A DNA stretch of 64,000 bases from a virus (lineage: Duplodnaviria > Caudoviricetes): IMG/VR virus record IMGVR_UViG_3300020371_000002. One strand, written 5' to 3'. The translations under genes and the position numbers were made by a program. Under the pieces are notes generated by a model, which had not been told where the DNA came from, made no database searches, and saw only the letters and a list, made by a program, of their open reading frames with translations. Shown here piece by piece: positions 56,258-63,359 of this stretch; the stretch's first letter is position 1; the number at the start of each line of letters is the position of its first letter.

Positions 56258-56464
56258 CACTCCCTTGACAGAACTACTAAGATATGTTTCCTTGGCAGCA
56301 CAGATGTTATCAAATAGATTGTCAAATGTTTGTGTGTCTAATCTATCATGATAGTAATTTGTGTTGTAAGCATGAATCATTAGATCATAGAGTGCTTGAT
56401 ACTGACTCTTTGAAACTTCGATGTTTAATCCTTTTTTGTTTGATCCGTAGATGCCTGAAGTCAT
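56255..56464 (-). CDS. Small hypothetical protein
   Basis: 69-aa ORF downstream of element E6. Confidence 0.55.
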   Translation of the reverse strand: MTSGIYGSNKKGLNIEVSKSQYQALYDLMIHAYNTNYYHDRLDTQTFDNLFDNICAAKETYLSSSVKGV

Positions 56465-56489
56465 GTTTCTTATGTGTGTTGTTATTATT

Positions 56490-56547
56490 ATAATAGGAAA
56501 TAATGAGACTAATTACAACTCACAGTGTACACTTTAGAAATTGGCAT
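56490..56547 (-). promoter_or_regulatory. Early promoter element E6
   Basis: GTGTACA-N10-TGGCAT at 56525-56547; -10 TATTAT. Confidence 0.65.
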
Positions 56548-56803
56548 ACTTTGGCAAACATAATTGTTTCTCGTTTGTATAGTGTTTATCAACCAAAGTT
56601 TTAACCTCTTTGTAAGCACCAACGATGGCATCCTTGCCATAATAGTCATGCTCGATCGTATCATATCCAGTGCATGATGATCCCCACTCTGTAACATCGC
56701 TATCAATGCGATTATATAATCCTTTCAAAGTGTATTCAATTAACCCTAACTCTCTTCGAGTTAATGTAATTGTAAATTCTCTGTTGTTTGATGTATCAAG
56801 CAT
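56534..56803 (-). CDS. Hypothetical protein
   Basis: 89-aa ORF with a GGAGG Shine-Dalgarno. Confidence 0.55.
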   Translation of the reverse strand: MLDTSNNREFTITLTRRELGLIEYTLKGLYNRIDSDVTEWGSSCTGYDTIEHDYYGKDAIVGAYKEVKTLVDKHYTNEKQLCLPKYANF

Positions 56804-56966
56804 TTAATTCCTCCATCATTGCATCAACTTCAGCAGCACAAAAACCACAGCGCCAACCCTCGATGTCATCAGCATAAACTGAATATCTGTTGACGAATCT
56901 GCCACTACCAAAATGACAAGGTTCGCCACAGTCTACACAAATTTGTGATTCAAATAAACTTTTCAT
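56796..56966 (-). CDS. Small CxxC...CxxC zinc-finger-like protein, 56 aa (not in ORF track)
   Basis: MKSLFESQICVDCGEPCHFGSGRFVNRYSVYADDIEGWRCGFCAAEVDAMMEELNA. Confidence 0.6.
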   Translation of the reverse strand: MKSLFESQICVDCGEPCHFGSGRFVNRYSVYADDIEGWRCGFCAAEVDAMMEELNA

Positions 56967-57190
56967 TAAACTGCTCCGTATAATGTGTTCATGATGTCTC
57001 TGACTCTTTCTCTATCTAATGAGTCACCATTGCCCCAGTTGTAGTAATCATCATCACGGTGGGCGATGTCATCAAGGTAATAAAGAATGGCGAAAGAGAT
57101 CTGCTCTTTGCTTCTGTTATTCTCAGGATAGATGCCTCCTTTACCGTAGAAACTGAAGACATAATCAATGAACTCTTGAAAGTTGTGCAT
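56966..57190 (-). CDS. Cyanophage hypothetical protein, 74 aa
   Basis: FIDYVFSFYGKGGIYP...GDSLDRERVRDIM; downstream of element E7. Confidence 0.65.
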   Translation of the reverse strand: MHNFQEFIDYVFSFYGKGGIYPENNRSKEQISFAILYYLDDIAHRDDDYYNWGNGDSLDRERVRDIMNTLYGAV

Positions 57191-57213
57191 AATGTATGTG
57201 TGTCTATATGTTA

Positions 57214-57271
57214 ATTGTATATGCTATGAGTAGCAAATAGGACAATAGTATGACGGTTTTTTGATTGTCAC
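57214..57271 (-). promoter_or_regulatory. Early promoter element E7
   Basis: ATGACG-N10-TGTCAC at 57250-57271; -10 TACAAT. Confidence 0.6.
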
Positions 57272-57489
57272 TCAGCATAATTCACTCCGTCAAATACTCT
57301 TAACTCTGTGGTATAGTTGACTAATTGCTCAAATCCATCTTCTGAGATTTTAATCTCTTTGAGCAACTCAGGCGAGGCACATTCGTTGAGATATGTGATA
57401 ATGTACTCAAGTTGTTCGAGTGCTTCAATGCTGAAACCGTGCTTTGCTTCGATCTCTGTAATGTCAGGAAATTCGTTAATCATTGGCAC
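57268..57489 (-). CDS. Small acidic hypothetical protein
   Basis: 73-aa ORF. Confidence 0.5.
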   Translation of the reverse strand: MPMINEFPDITEIEAKHGFSIEALEQLEYIITYLNECASPELLKEIKISEDGFEQLVNYTTELRVFDGVNYAE

Positions 57490-57638
57490 ATGTCCTCGAA
57501 CTGTTCTTTAGCGATAAAAGCACAATGCTCTTCGAGTGCTTCTTGTGTCATTAACTCGGCATAACCTGATTTAATCATGTTTGCCATTTCCTCTTCATAG
57601 AGGTCTTCTAGAATTGATTCATGATGTAAGGTGCTCAT
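57480..57638 (-). CDS. Small hypothetical protein, 52 aa (not in ORF track)
   Basis: MSTLHHESILEDLYEEEM...; GGAG Shine-Dalgarno; downstream of element E8. Confidence 0.6.
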   Translation of the reverse strand: MSTLHHESILEDLYEEEMANMIKSGYAELMTQEALEEHCAFIAKEQFEDMCQ

Positions 57639-57662
57639 GATTGCTCCGTGTTTGATATATTA

Positions 57663-57720
57663 ATAATATCAAATATGGGCATCTATGTGTACAATAGTGT
57701 GCCACTTATCTGATTGGCAC
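57663..57720 (-). promoter_or_regulatory. Early promoter element E8
   Basis: Perfect GTGCCA-N10-TGGCAC at 57699-57720; -10 TATTAT. Confidence 0.75.
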
Positions 57721-57743
57721 TATAATGCATTTTTTCGATAATT

Positions 57744-57905
57744 CTATTCGCCCTTAACTACCAGGCGTAGGTTAGTCACATCCCAGTCAGCATAATTGAA
57801 TAGAATCCAATTAACAGCATCCAATGCATTTGCTCTGTTTTCAATAGTGATGAATTTGTATTCATGTTCACTATTTTTCTTTTGTAGAATTGCTTTGAAA
57901 TTCAT
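57744..57905 (-). CDS. Small hypothetical protein, 53 aa (not in ORF track)
   Basis: MNFKAILQKKNSEHEYKFITIENRANALDAVNWILFNYADWDVTNLRLVVKGE; start coupled to the upstream stop. Confidence 0.45.
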   Translation of the reverse strand: MNFKAILQKKNSEHEYKFITIENRANALDAVNWILFNYADWDVTNLRLVVKGE

Positions 57906-58072
57906 CACCAGATCTCCGTAAAACGTTTGTGTGTTGTTTTAGTCATTCTGCCTTCATTGAGCATGTTGTCACACACTTTGCAGAAGACTTGAAACTTTTC
58001 TTCGCGAGTGAGAGTATCAGCATTCTCACAACTTTTCATGATGCGAAGCAGATATGCTTTGGAAGTAATCAT
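57905..58072 (-). CDS. Small hypothetical protein, 55 aa (not in ORF track)
   Basis: MITSKAYLLRIMKSCENADTLTREEKFQVFCKVCDNMLNEGRMTKTTHKRFTEIW. Confidence 0.6.
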   Translation of the reverse strand: MITSKAYLLRIMKSCENADTLTREEKFQVFCKVCDNMLNEGRMTKTTHKRFTEIW

Positions 58073-58266
58073 TTGAGTTGAATGTCGTAGTCAATAGATT
58101 TGATACACCAACCTGAAGCACATGTGATCTCCTCGATGAGATCATCTTCATCATCTGCTTCCCAACAACCTAGGGCAAGATCCCTTGCTTCGATCTCATC
58201 ATCAAAGGAAATTGTCCCTTGTGAATCTTCAAAGTCAAATTCTATTTCGGTTACATTGAATTGCAT
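58069..58266 (-). CDS. Small acidic hypothetical protein; likely start MQFNVTEIEFDF
   Basis: W.ADDEDDLIEEIT..SGWCIKSIDY. Confidence 0.6.
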   Translation of the reverse strand: MQFNVTEIEFDFEDSQGTISFDDEIEARDLALGCWEADDEDDLIEEITCASGWCIKSIDYDIQLK

Positions 58267-58270
58267 AGGT

Positions 58271-58441
58271 TTAAGCGAGTTCGATAAGTCCTTGGGAAGC
58301 AAGAGCATTCAAAGTTCTGCCATAGTGACCCTGCAACCATTTCCAGGCGCCAGTATCATAAATGTCCTGAAACAGTTGAAGAAATTCTTCCTCTGTAATG
58401 TTATCTGATTCATACTTAAGAAGCAGATCGGTGTTAGGCAT
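58271..58441 (-). CDS. Small hypothetical protein; start reassigned to MPNTD (56 aa)
   Basis: LFQ...DTG.W.WLQGHYGRT...L...GLI; first ATG after element E9. Confidence 0.55.
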   Translation of the reverse strand: MPNTDLLLKYESDNITEEEFLQLFQDIYDTGAWKWLQGHYGRTLNALASQGLIELA

Positions 58442-58772
58442 GAACTGTTTGATTTCTTTGACTCTTATAGTATTGCACATGTTCCCCATCCTTGGTAGGT
58501 TCAGTGGACACTACAGGAACTGGCATAGGATCATCTTGACTGGCACGTTTTGTAACATATGTTAAATCTTTCCAGTCAGATGTGAAACAACATAGTAAGC
58601 AATGCACCATGCAATGCTTATCATTCTTTGCATATTCACAATGTGGTTTAGGTTTAACACCAATTTCAATGGTAATATAATCTTCACACTTAAAATACAC
58701 CCATCCTTTATGTACTAATCCCATTGGCGTATTCCATACGACGTAATCATTTACCTCGGGATCATAGGGCAT
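58434..58772 (-). CDS. Cyanophage hypothetical protein, 112 aa
   Basis: PEVNDYVVW...GWVYFKCEDYITIEIGVKPK. Confidence 0.6.
   Translation of the reverse strand: MPYDPEVNDYVVWNTPMGLVHKGWVYFKCEDYITIEIGVKPKPHCEYAKNDKHCMVHCLLCCFTSDWKDLTYVTKRASQDDPMPVPVVSTEPTKDGEHVQYYKSQRNQTVHA
58469..58526 (-). promoter_or_regulatory. Early promoter element E9
   Basis: GTGGACA-N10-TGGCAT at 58504-58526; -10-like AATACT. Embedded in the 3' end of the upstream ORF. Confidence 0.7.
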
Positions 58773-59702
58773 TTACTTACTCCAGTTCTTAGTGGCGTTG
58801 AAGTTATTATAGGAGAAAATCTCCCTTTTTACCAATTTATATGTGCCATATTTGTTAGTCATGACATAACCCTCGTGTTGGCAGGGTTTCTCACCAATGT
58901 AACAGTCAACATCTTCATAATCTGTAACTCCATCCATGAGCAACTCTTTGATTTCGATGATAAGTTTATAGAGGTGGAAGAGATTAGCATCGAGTCCAGT
59001 CTCTTGAGAGAGTGCAGCAGGATCGATCTCTTTACCAGAGCGAATATACTTATTGATGACTGTTTTTACATGAGTGCCAATCTTTTGGTCGGGAAACTTA
59101 GTGAAACGAATAAGAACTCGTGCCATGCCAATGAGCAAACCGATCTTATTCTTTCTAGTCTTGATCTTTGCCTTAGTATCAAGAAATCGAACGGTGTCGG
59201 ACTCAATAACTGTGTCATCCTCATCGAATGACATAAACTTGGCATTCATAGTTTTCATAGTGTTGCCAAAATACTCGGTGTGAGCAGCAAACACAATGTC
59301 CTGAGTAGGAGCAAACAGAAACTTATATGTTATGGTGTTTGGTGTGTACTCATCGTAACCACCATAACCAATAAAATCACCCTGAAAAACACCCTCTTTG
59401 CGTGGTAGTTTATCCAGGCACATATGAAGTATGGAAGCAACAGCAGGTGTGGTGCCGTGGTTGTCTTCTATATCTCTGTGTGTGTAATTGATCTTTACTT
59501 TAACTTTATTGAATACACTCTTAGTTCCAACAAAAAACCTACCACATTCAGGGTTAATGCCCCATACAATAGCAGGTGCTCCATCATATTTGACTGTCAG
59601 TGTGCTGTTTCTATCACCAAACCACTTCAAAACCTCAATAGCACCAGTTTTGCCGTGATTAAGTATAGAATCCTCGGGGTGCTCAAGATGGGTGTTTTTC
59701 AT
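58773..59702 (-). CDS. Conserved T4-like phage protein (DUF6267-like); start reassigned to MKNTHLEH (309 aa)
   Basis: NTHLEHPED...VKYDGAPAIVWG....GRFFVGTKSVFNK...QGDFIG..YTPNTITY...HEGYV...KLV.RE.FS..NF. Confidence 0.7.
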   Translation of the reverse strand: MKNTHLEHPEDSILNHGKTGAIEVLKWFGDRNSTLTVKYDGAPAIVWGINPECGRFFVGTKSVFNKVKVKINYTHRDIEDNHGTTPAVASILHMCLDKLPRKEGVFQGDFIGYGGYDEYTPNTITYKFLFAPTQDIVFAAHTEYFGNTMKTMNAKFMSFDEDDTVIESDTVRFLDTKAKIKTRKNKIGLLIGMARVLIRFTKFPDQKIGTHVKTVINKYIRSGKEIDPAALSQETGLDANLFHLYKLIIEIKELLMDGVTDYEDVDCYIGEKPCQHEGYVMTNKYGTYKLVKREIFSYNNFNATKNWSK

Positions 59703-59708
59703 AGTTAT

Positions 59709-59766
59709 ATAATAAACTATGAAAACCCACAAATCAAGCGGTTTGTGACGGTTTTTATATAGTCAC
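59709..59766 (-). promoter_or_regulatory. Early promoter element E10
   Basis: GTGACG-N10-AGTCAC at 59745-59766; TTGATT-17-TATTAT. Confidence 0.65.
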
Positions 59767-59810
59767 ACCCCCTGGCGGGGCGGAATCGCGTTTTCTGGCG
59801 GTTTTTATAT

Positions 59811-59835
59811 AAAAAAAGACCCGCCGAGGCGGGTC
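59811..59835 (-). terminator. Rho-independent terminator
   Basis: GACCCGCC/GGCGGGTC stem followed by seven U residues in the minus orientation. Confidence 0.85.
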
Positions 59836-60043
59836 AGGTGAGCGTCCTAGGTTTGTTGGGCATGTCCAGATATGCTTGATGAACTAATTCACCAAATTCT
59901 GTGCAGCATTTGCTCCACTTCTTTCTTAATATCTTACATTCTTCGGTGTTTCTAGTCTCTGGATTTGAAAATAACTCAAACCACTCGTACCATATTGCAG
60001 CACATTCATCTGACTTGACATTTAGATGCGGTTCCTTGTACAT
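59834..60043 (-). CDS. Cyanophage hypothetical protein
   Basis: MYKEPHLN.KSDECA..W.EW...RKKW..CC. Confidence 0.6.
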   Translation of the reverse strand: MYKEPHLNVKSDECAAIWYEWFELFSNPETRNTEECKILRKKWSKCCTEFGELVHQAYLDMPNKPRTLT

Positions 60044-60254
60044 TCGGAACCTCAGTGAGTTGTGTGCTCTTGACTACATTACTATTTACACCATTCCAGT
60101 GCCTTATAACACCAGACACAATGAAAGTATTTGTTACCATGTATGATATGAATATAACAGTGCGAACTACCGCAACATGATTATCATACCGTGAAGTTCT
60201 TCGATCGCTAAAACTTCCAAGTGCGTATTTCCATACGCGCCATATATGTGTCAT
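60006..60254 (-). CDS. Small membrane protein
   Basis: WRVWKYALGSFSD..T..YD..VA.VRT.IF.SY.VTN.FIVSGVIRHW; hydrophobic segment. Confidence 0.65.
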   Translation of the reverse strand: MTHIWRVWKYALGSFSDRRTSRYDNHVAVVRTVIFISYMVTNTFIVSGVIRHWNGVNSNVVKSTQLTEVPNVQGTASKCQVR

Positions 60255-60385
60255 CCGTGTGCATTTTTAAGTGTTGTGATTAAGTGCATATTGCCATGTA
60301 TGTACCCTGCCACAATAATGGCAATGGTTGTCAATATCACCACAACAAATGATATAACCAAACATGTAGGATTATCTTCATTCAT
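60251..60385 (-). CDS. Small single-TM protein, 44 aa (not in ORF track)
   Basis: MNEDNPTCLVISFVVVILTTIAIIVAGYIHGNMHLITTLKNAHG. Confidence 0.5.
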   Translation of the reverse strand: MNEDNPTCLVISFVVVILTTIAIIVAGYIHGNMHLITTLKNAHG

Positions 60386-60653
60386 ATATCAATTTGGAAA
60401 ATGATATGCATAACAGAAATCCTAACATTACCACAACATCCCATGATTTAGTTCTTACAAAATATGGAATTGAAATGAGATCAGCAATAAAATGTGCGAT
60501 GACACCGAGTAATACATTAACATGCAATACGATGAAGTAGGCAACAATAACCATGATGCTGCCTACTATTCTCATTATAACGTCAATTCTTGTTTTTGTG
60601 AGCGTACTCAATGACAATTTTTTTGTGGTAACTATGCTTGTCGGAACATTCAT
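60378..60653 (-). CDS. Small multi-TM membrane protein
   Basis: Three hydrophobic segments; SIPYF.RTK.WDVV.ML.F. Confidence 0.6.
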   Translation of the reverse strand: MNVPTSIVTTKKLSLSTLTKTRIDVIMRIVGSIMVIVAYFIVLHVNVLLGVIAHFIADLISIPYFVRTKSWDVVVMLGFLLCISFSKLIYE

Positions 60654-60709
60654 AATACTTAAGTTTGCCTTTCAAATTGTCCGCAATAATGCGGAGCAGT
60701 TGCATTACA

Positions 60710-60877
60710 TCACTGGTCATTGTTCTCAATGATACGATCAGCAACATCATTCAAAGTGTTGGACATTTGCCTATATCCAGATCCAACATATACTTGACCA
60801 GCAACAACAGTCACTGTACAAATACCCCAGAAAATATAATACCACTGGGATTTAATTTGGTGTTGTAAGTTCATCAT
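60710..60877 (-). CDS. Small single-TM protein, 55 aa (not in ORF track)
   Basis: MMNLQHQIKSQWYYIFWGICTVTVVAGQVYVGSGYRQMS... Confidence 0.55.
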   Translation of the reverse strand: MMNLQHQIKSQWYYIFWGICTVTVVAGQVYVGSGYRQMSNTLNDVADRIIENNDQ

Positions 60878-61050
60878 TTCATCAGCATTGTTGCCTTCAC
60901 AGTTTCTTGTAATTTCATGTAGAGTTTGACTTGAACACGGAGCATCTCTTTCAGAGTTGCCATGTCATCACATTCTTCAATTTCTCTTGATAATTTCTCA
61001 TACTCAAACATCTTAGATGTTGTCTGCAGCGAGATGTCGTCCGATTTCAT
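60874..61050 (-). CDS. Helical hairpin protein, NblA-like candidate, 58 aa (not in ORF track)
   Basis: MKSDDISLQTTSKMFEYEKLSREIEECDDMATLKEMLRVQVKLYMKLQETVKATMLMK; GGAG Shine-Dalgarno. Family assignment by eye only. Confidence 0.45.
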   Translation of the reverse strand: MKSDDISLQTTSKMFEYEKLSREIEECDDMATLKEMLRVQVKLYMKLQETVKATMLMK

Positions 61051-61057
61051 AATACTC

Positions 61058-61222
61058 CTACATTGTGAGTTTGTATCTTATGTATTCAAGTTTTTCAACA
61101 ATTCGATCGTGTTTAACTGATGGGTGATTGTTTTGCTCTCTTGCCTTATTCCATCCATCAACTCTTTTCATGCAGTTCAGAACATAGTCTAATTCTTCCA
61201 GCGAAAAGTCATTGAGATTCAT
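61058..61222 (-). CDS. Small hypothetical protein, 54 aa (not in ORF track)
   Basis: MNLNDFSLEELDYVLNCMKRVDGWNK... Confidence 0.45.
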   Translation of the reverse strand: MNLNDFSLEELDYVLNCMKRVDGWNKAREQNNHPSVKHDRIVEKLEYIRYKLTM

Positions 61223-61518
61223 ACAGTTTTTTCTTGTCTAAAGTGTGCATCTAGATGCTCTTCTAGTTCTTCAAGAGCATTGAGTTTGGCGGATCCTTCA
61301 GGATCAGAGTTTAACATTTCACTGTAATAATACAGTGCATCCGCTAAGAGCGAACGTTGATCTTCTGTAATTTTACATTCAAGTTGATACATTTTGCTGT
61401 ACTGATTGATCTGCAATAGGGACATTAAATGCAACGATGGTCCTAGGAATGTTAGAGTTCGTTGGCGGGCATTCATGATAGATTGTGGAGGGGAAAATAA
61501 TAATGTCACCCTCTTCAA
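61219..61518 (-). CDS. Small hypothetical protein (true start probably MYQLECK near 61390)
   Basis: The N-terminal part overlaps the oxygenase gene. Confidence 0.45.
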   Translation of the reverse strand: MKRVTLLFSPPQSIMNARQRTLTFLGPSLHLMSLLQINQYSKMYQLECKITEDQRSLLADALYYYSEMLNSDPEGSAKLNALEELEEHLDAHFRQEKTV

Positions 61519-61960
61519 CTTCAGGATGCAAGTGTGTTACAGTGCCAAAGAATGGATCAGGCATAGGCGTCCAAAACCTTGTGCTGGGATGTTTCTCTTT
61601 ATCATAATCGAGATAAAGTATGCAAGAGAAATTACCAAACCCATGATTATGTAGGGGATGATGATCTGCACCTGTGTACATTTGTGTCCACATTTGCCAC
61701 TCACTTGGTTGTTCAACCAGCACACCCGCACTGTCAAAAAATCCAACGAGTTCATCTTGAATGACCTCGATGAATTTATACATGTACGGTGGTTTATTAT
61801 TATACTGGAAAAAGTCAGAATAGCAAATGTCGATACGATCCTGATCTGGTTTTAAGTCAACCAGTTCCTTAATTATCTCTTTCTTTTGTTCCCAATTAGA
61901 TAGGGATAGTCTCCAGAAAGAGATGCTAAAGAAAGGTATCTGTTCAACTTTGATACTCAT
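61379..61960 (-). CDS. 2OG-Fe(II) oxygenase-like protein
   Basis: W...Y......HPLHNHG...SCILYL; EGDIIIFPSTIYHE...RTIVAFN (HxH...H...R jelly-roll signature). Confidence 0.85.
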   Translation of the reverse strand: MSIKVEQIPFFSISFWRLSLSNWEQKKEIIKELVDLKPDQDRIDICYSDFFQYNNKPPYMYKFIEVIQDELVGFFDSAGVLVEQPSEWQMWTQMYTGADHHPLHNHGFGNFSCILYLDYDKEKHPSTRFWTPMPDPFFGTVTHLHPEVEEGDIIIFPSTIYHECPPTNSNIPRTIVAFNVPIADQSVQQNVST

Positions 61961-62121
61961 GACTTTTTCTTTCCTCTTCTTCTAGTAGCAGGTTTTTTAG
62001 GGTCTTTACTCCTTGGGTGACGTTTAAGATCTTTCTTTAAGTCCCTAAGGAACTTGAGATGCTTCTGTATTGATGTGTAAGGAGCAAGTGAATCAAATTC
62101 TTTAGGGACTTTCCAAGTCAT
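61957..62121 (-). CDS. Small basic protein, 54 aa (not in ORF track)
   Basis: MTWKVPKEFDSLAPYTSIQKHLKFLRDLKKDLKRHPRSKDPKKPATRRRGKKKS; both ends coupled to neighbouring genes. Confidence 0.5.
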   Translation of the reverse strand: MTWKVPKEFDSLAPYTSIQKHLKFLRDLKKDLKRHPRSKDPKKPATRRRGKKKS

Positions 62122-62525
62122 TCTTCTAGACCACCTTCAGGAATATCAACGAGGACACAATTATCGTTAGTGTCATAACAGAACCATTCACCTTCATTGA
62201 AGATGTAGGCATACTCACCCCATGAATCTTTAGTACACTGGAAATACTCCGTGATAGACTCATGATGTTGTGGTTCTACACCACTATCACCACGCTCAGC
62301 ATAATAGAGTGGGCGATTGGTCTCAATATCGTTGCGATCCCAGTCAGTATCTGACCAGGCACAAGAAATATCTCCACCATCAATTAGATCGGTTACTTTC
62401 TCCTTCGTATTGAACTTTGAGTTGAGTACCTTACCCAACCAAGCAGGATAACCATCCCAATGATGATAAACAGATACAATAGATTCATCTTTGAGTTGAA
62501 TACCGATGCGTGAACGTGTTGCCAT
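62118..62525 (-). CDS. Conserved phage hypothetical protein (HWDGYP family)
   Basis: MATRSRIG...SVYHHWDGYP..LG..L...GGDIS...EYAYIF...W. Confidence 0.75.
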   Translation of the reverse strand: MATRSRIGIQLKDESIVSVYHHWDGYPAWLGKVLNSKFNTKEKVTDLIDGGDISCAWSDTDWDRNDIETNRPLYYAERGDSGVEPQHHESITEYFQCTKDSWGEYAYIFNEGEWFCYDTNDNCVLVDIPEGGLEE

Positions 62526-62635
62526 GATGAAGAAAGAAGAATAAAAGGGTAGAGGGGAGGTCTCGCGGCAGGAGACACAATTACATAGACCCTCTGTGTG
62601 TTGTGTGTGAGGCGTCAGAGATCTCTGACTCTTTA

Positions 62636-62692
62636 ATAATACACCCTGGCGCGCCTTGTGGCACTCTTAGTGGACAGTTCAGTCACCGTCCT
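62636..62692 (-). promoter_or_regulatory. Early promoter element E11
   Basis: GTGGACA-N10-CGTCCT at 62670-62692; -10 TATTAT; shares 28 identical bp with E5. Confidence 0.7.
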
Positions 62693-62948
62693 CAAAGTAA
62701 TCTCCTTGGGTAGAAAACTCCAGTTCGGCGATCTCTTGGTTGCTGAGTCCAGTAATATCACCCAAGAATAGAATTTCACTATCCCATCCATCCTCAGTAT
62801 CGCCAATCAGGAACATTTCCTGTGCGATTGCTTTGGCGTCATCATATTTATCGTTGTCAATGAGTTCAGTCAACCGTCGTGAAATAACGTTGTCGATGAC
62901 ATCCAGGCAACGATCACGGTTGTATTCGATGGTTTCTTGTTCGTTCAT
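62679..62948 (-). CDS. Acidic hypothetical protein
   Basis: 89-aa ORF. Confidence 0.55.
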   Translation of the reverse strand: MNEQETIEYNRDRCLDVIDNVISRRLTELIDNDKYDDAKAIAQEMFLIGDTEDGWDSEILFLGDITGLSNQEIAELEFSTQGDYFEDGD

Positions 62949-63130
62949 TAGAGTGTCTCCTTTAGAGATGAGTAGATAACATCGCAGATTGCCAACTGAT
63001 CTTGAATTAAGTCAGCATTCTTTTTCAGTCTGGTTTGTAACAACGCAAGTTTGACCTCTGCTTGGATCAAAGTGCGTAAGAGATCGAGTGACTCTTCTTT
63101 TAATAGTGATTGCTTAAAATCAATACTCAC
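62948..63130 (-). CDS. Small coiled-coil hypothetical protein
   Basis: 60-aa ORF coupled at both ends. Confidence 0.5.
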   Translation of the reverse strand: MSIDFKQSLLKEESLDLLRTLIQAEVKLALLQTRLKKNADLIQDQLAICDVIYSSLKETL

Positions 63131-63339
63131 TTCTCAACTTTCCAATCAGTGTTACCTTTAACAGGCACCCAGAAGAAGTAATTGTGATTAAGTGATTCTA
63201 GGAATACCCACTCTTGTCCCTCGTGATTCCTCTCTCCTTGAACAAAGCAAGTATGAAAGAGATCCATTTCATTAGCGAAACGGTTCTTTGCCTTCCTTGA
63301 CAACGGAGTGACGAACAGTTTTTTAGTCTTAGTTGCCAT
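63127..63339 (-). CDS. Cyanophage hypothetical protein, 70 aa
   Basis: VTPLSRKAKNRFANEMDL.H.C.V...FL.S.N..YFFWV....N.DWK. Confidence 0.7.
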   Translation of the reverse strand: MATKTKKLFVTPLSRKAKNRFANEMDLFHTCFVQGERNHEGQEWVFLESLNHNYFFWVPVKGNTDWKVEK

Positions 63340-63359
63340 GTGTCTTGTTCAGAACGTAG

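Noticed and set aside
53671-59732. N-terminal extensions of ORF-track calls starting at 53742, 54120, 54487, 58308, 58489 and 59732
   Set aside because: These starts run through promoter elements or deep into upstream genes; downstream ATGs fit promoter position and coupling better.
51941-62692. Early promoter boxes as CRP or NtcA sites
   Set aside because: Half-site sequence and spacer do not fit TGTGA-N6-TCACA or GTA-N8-TAC.
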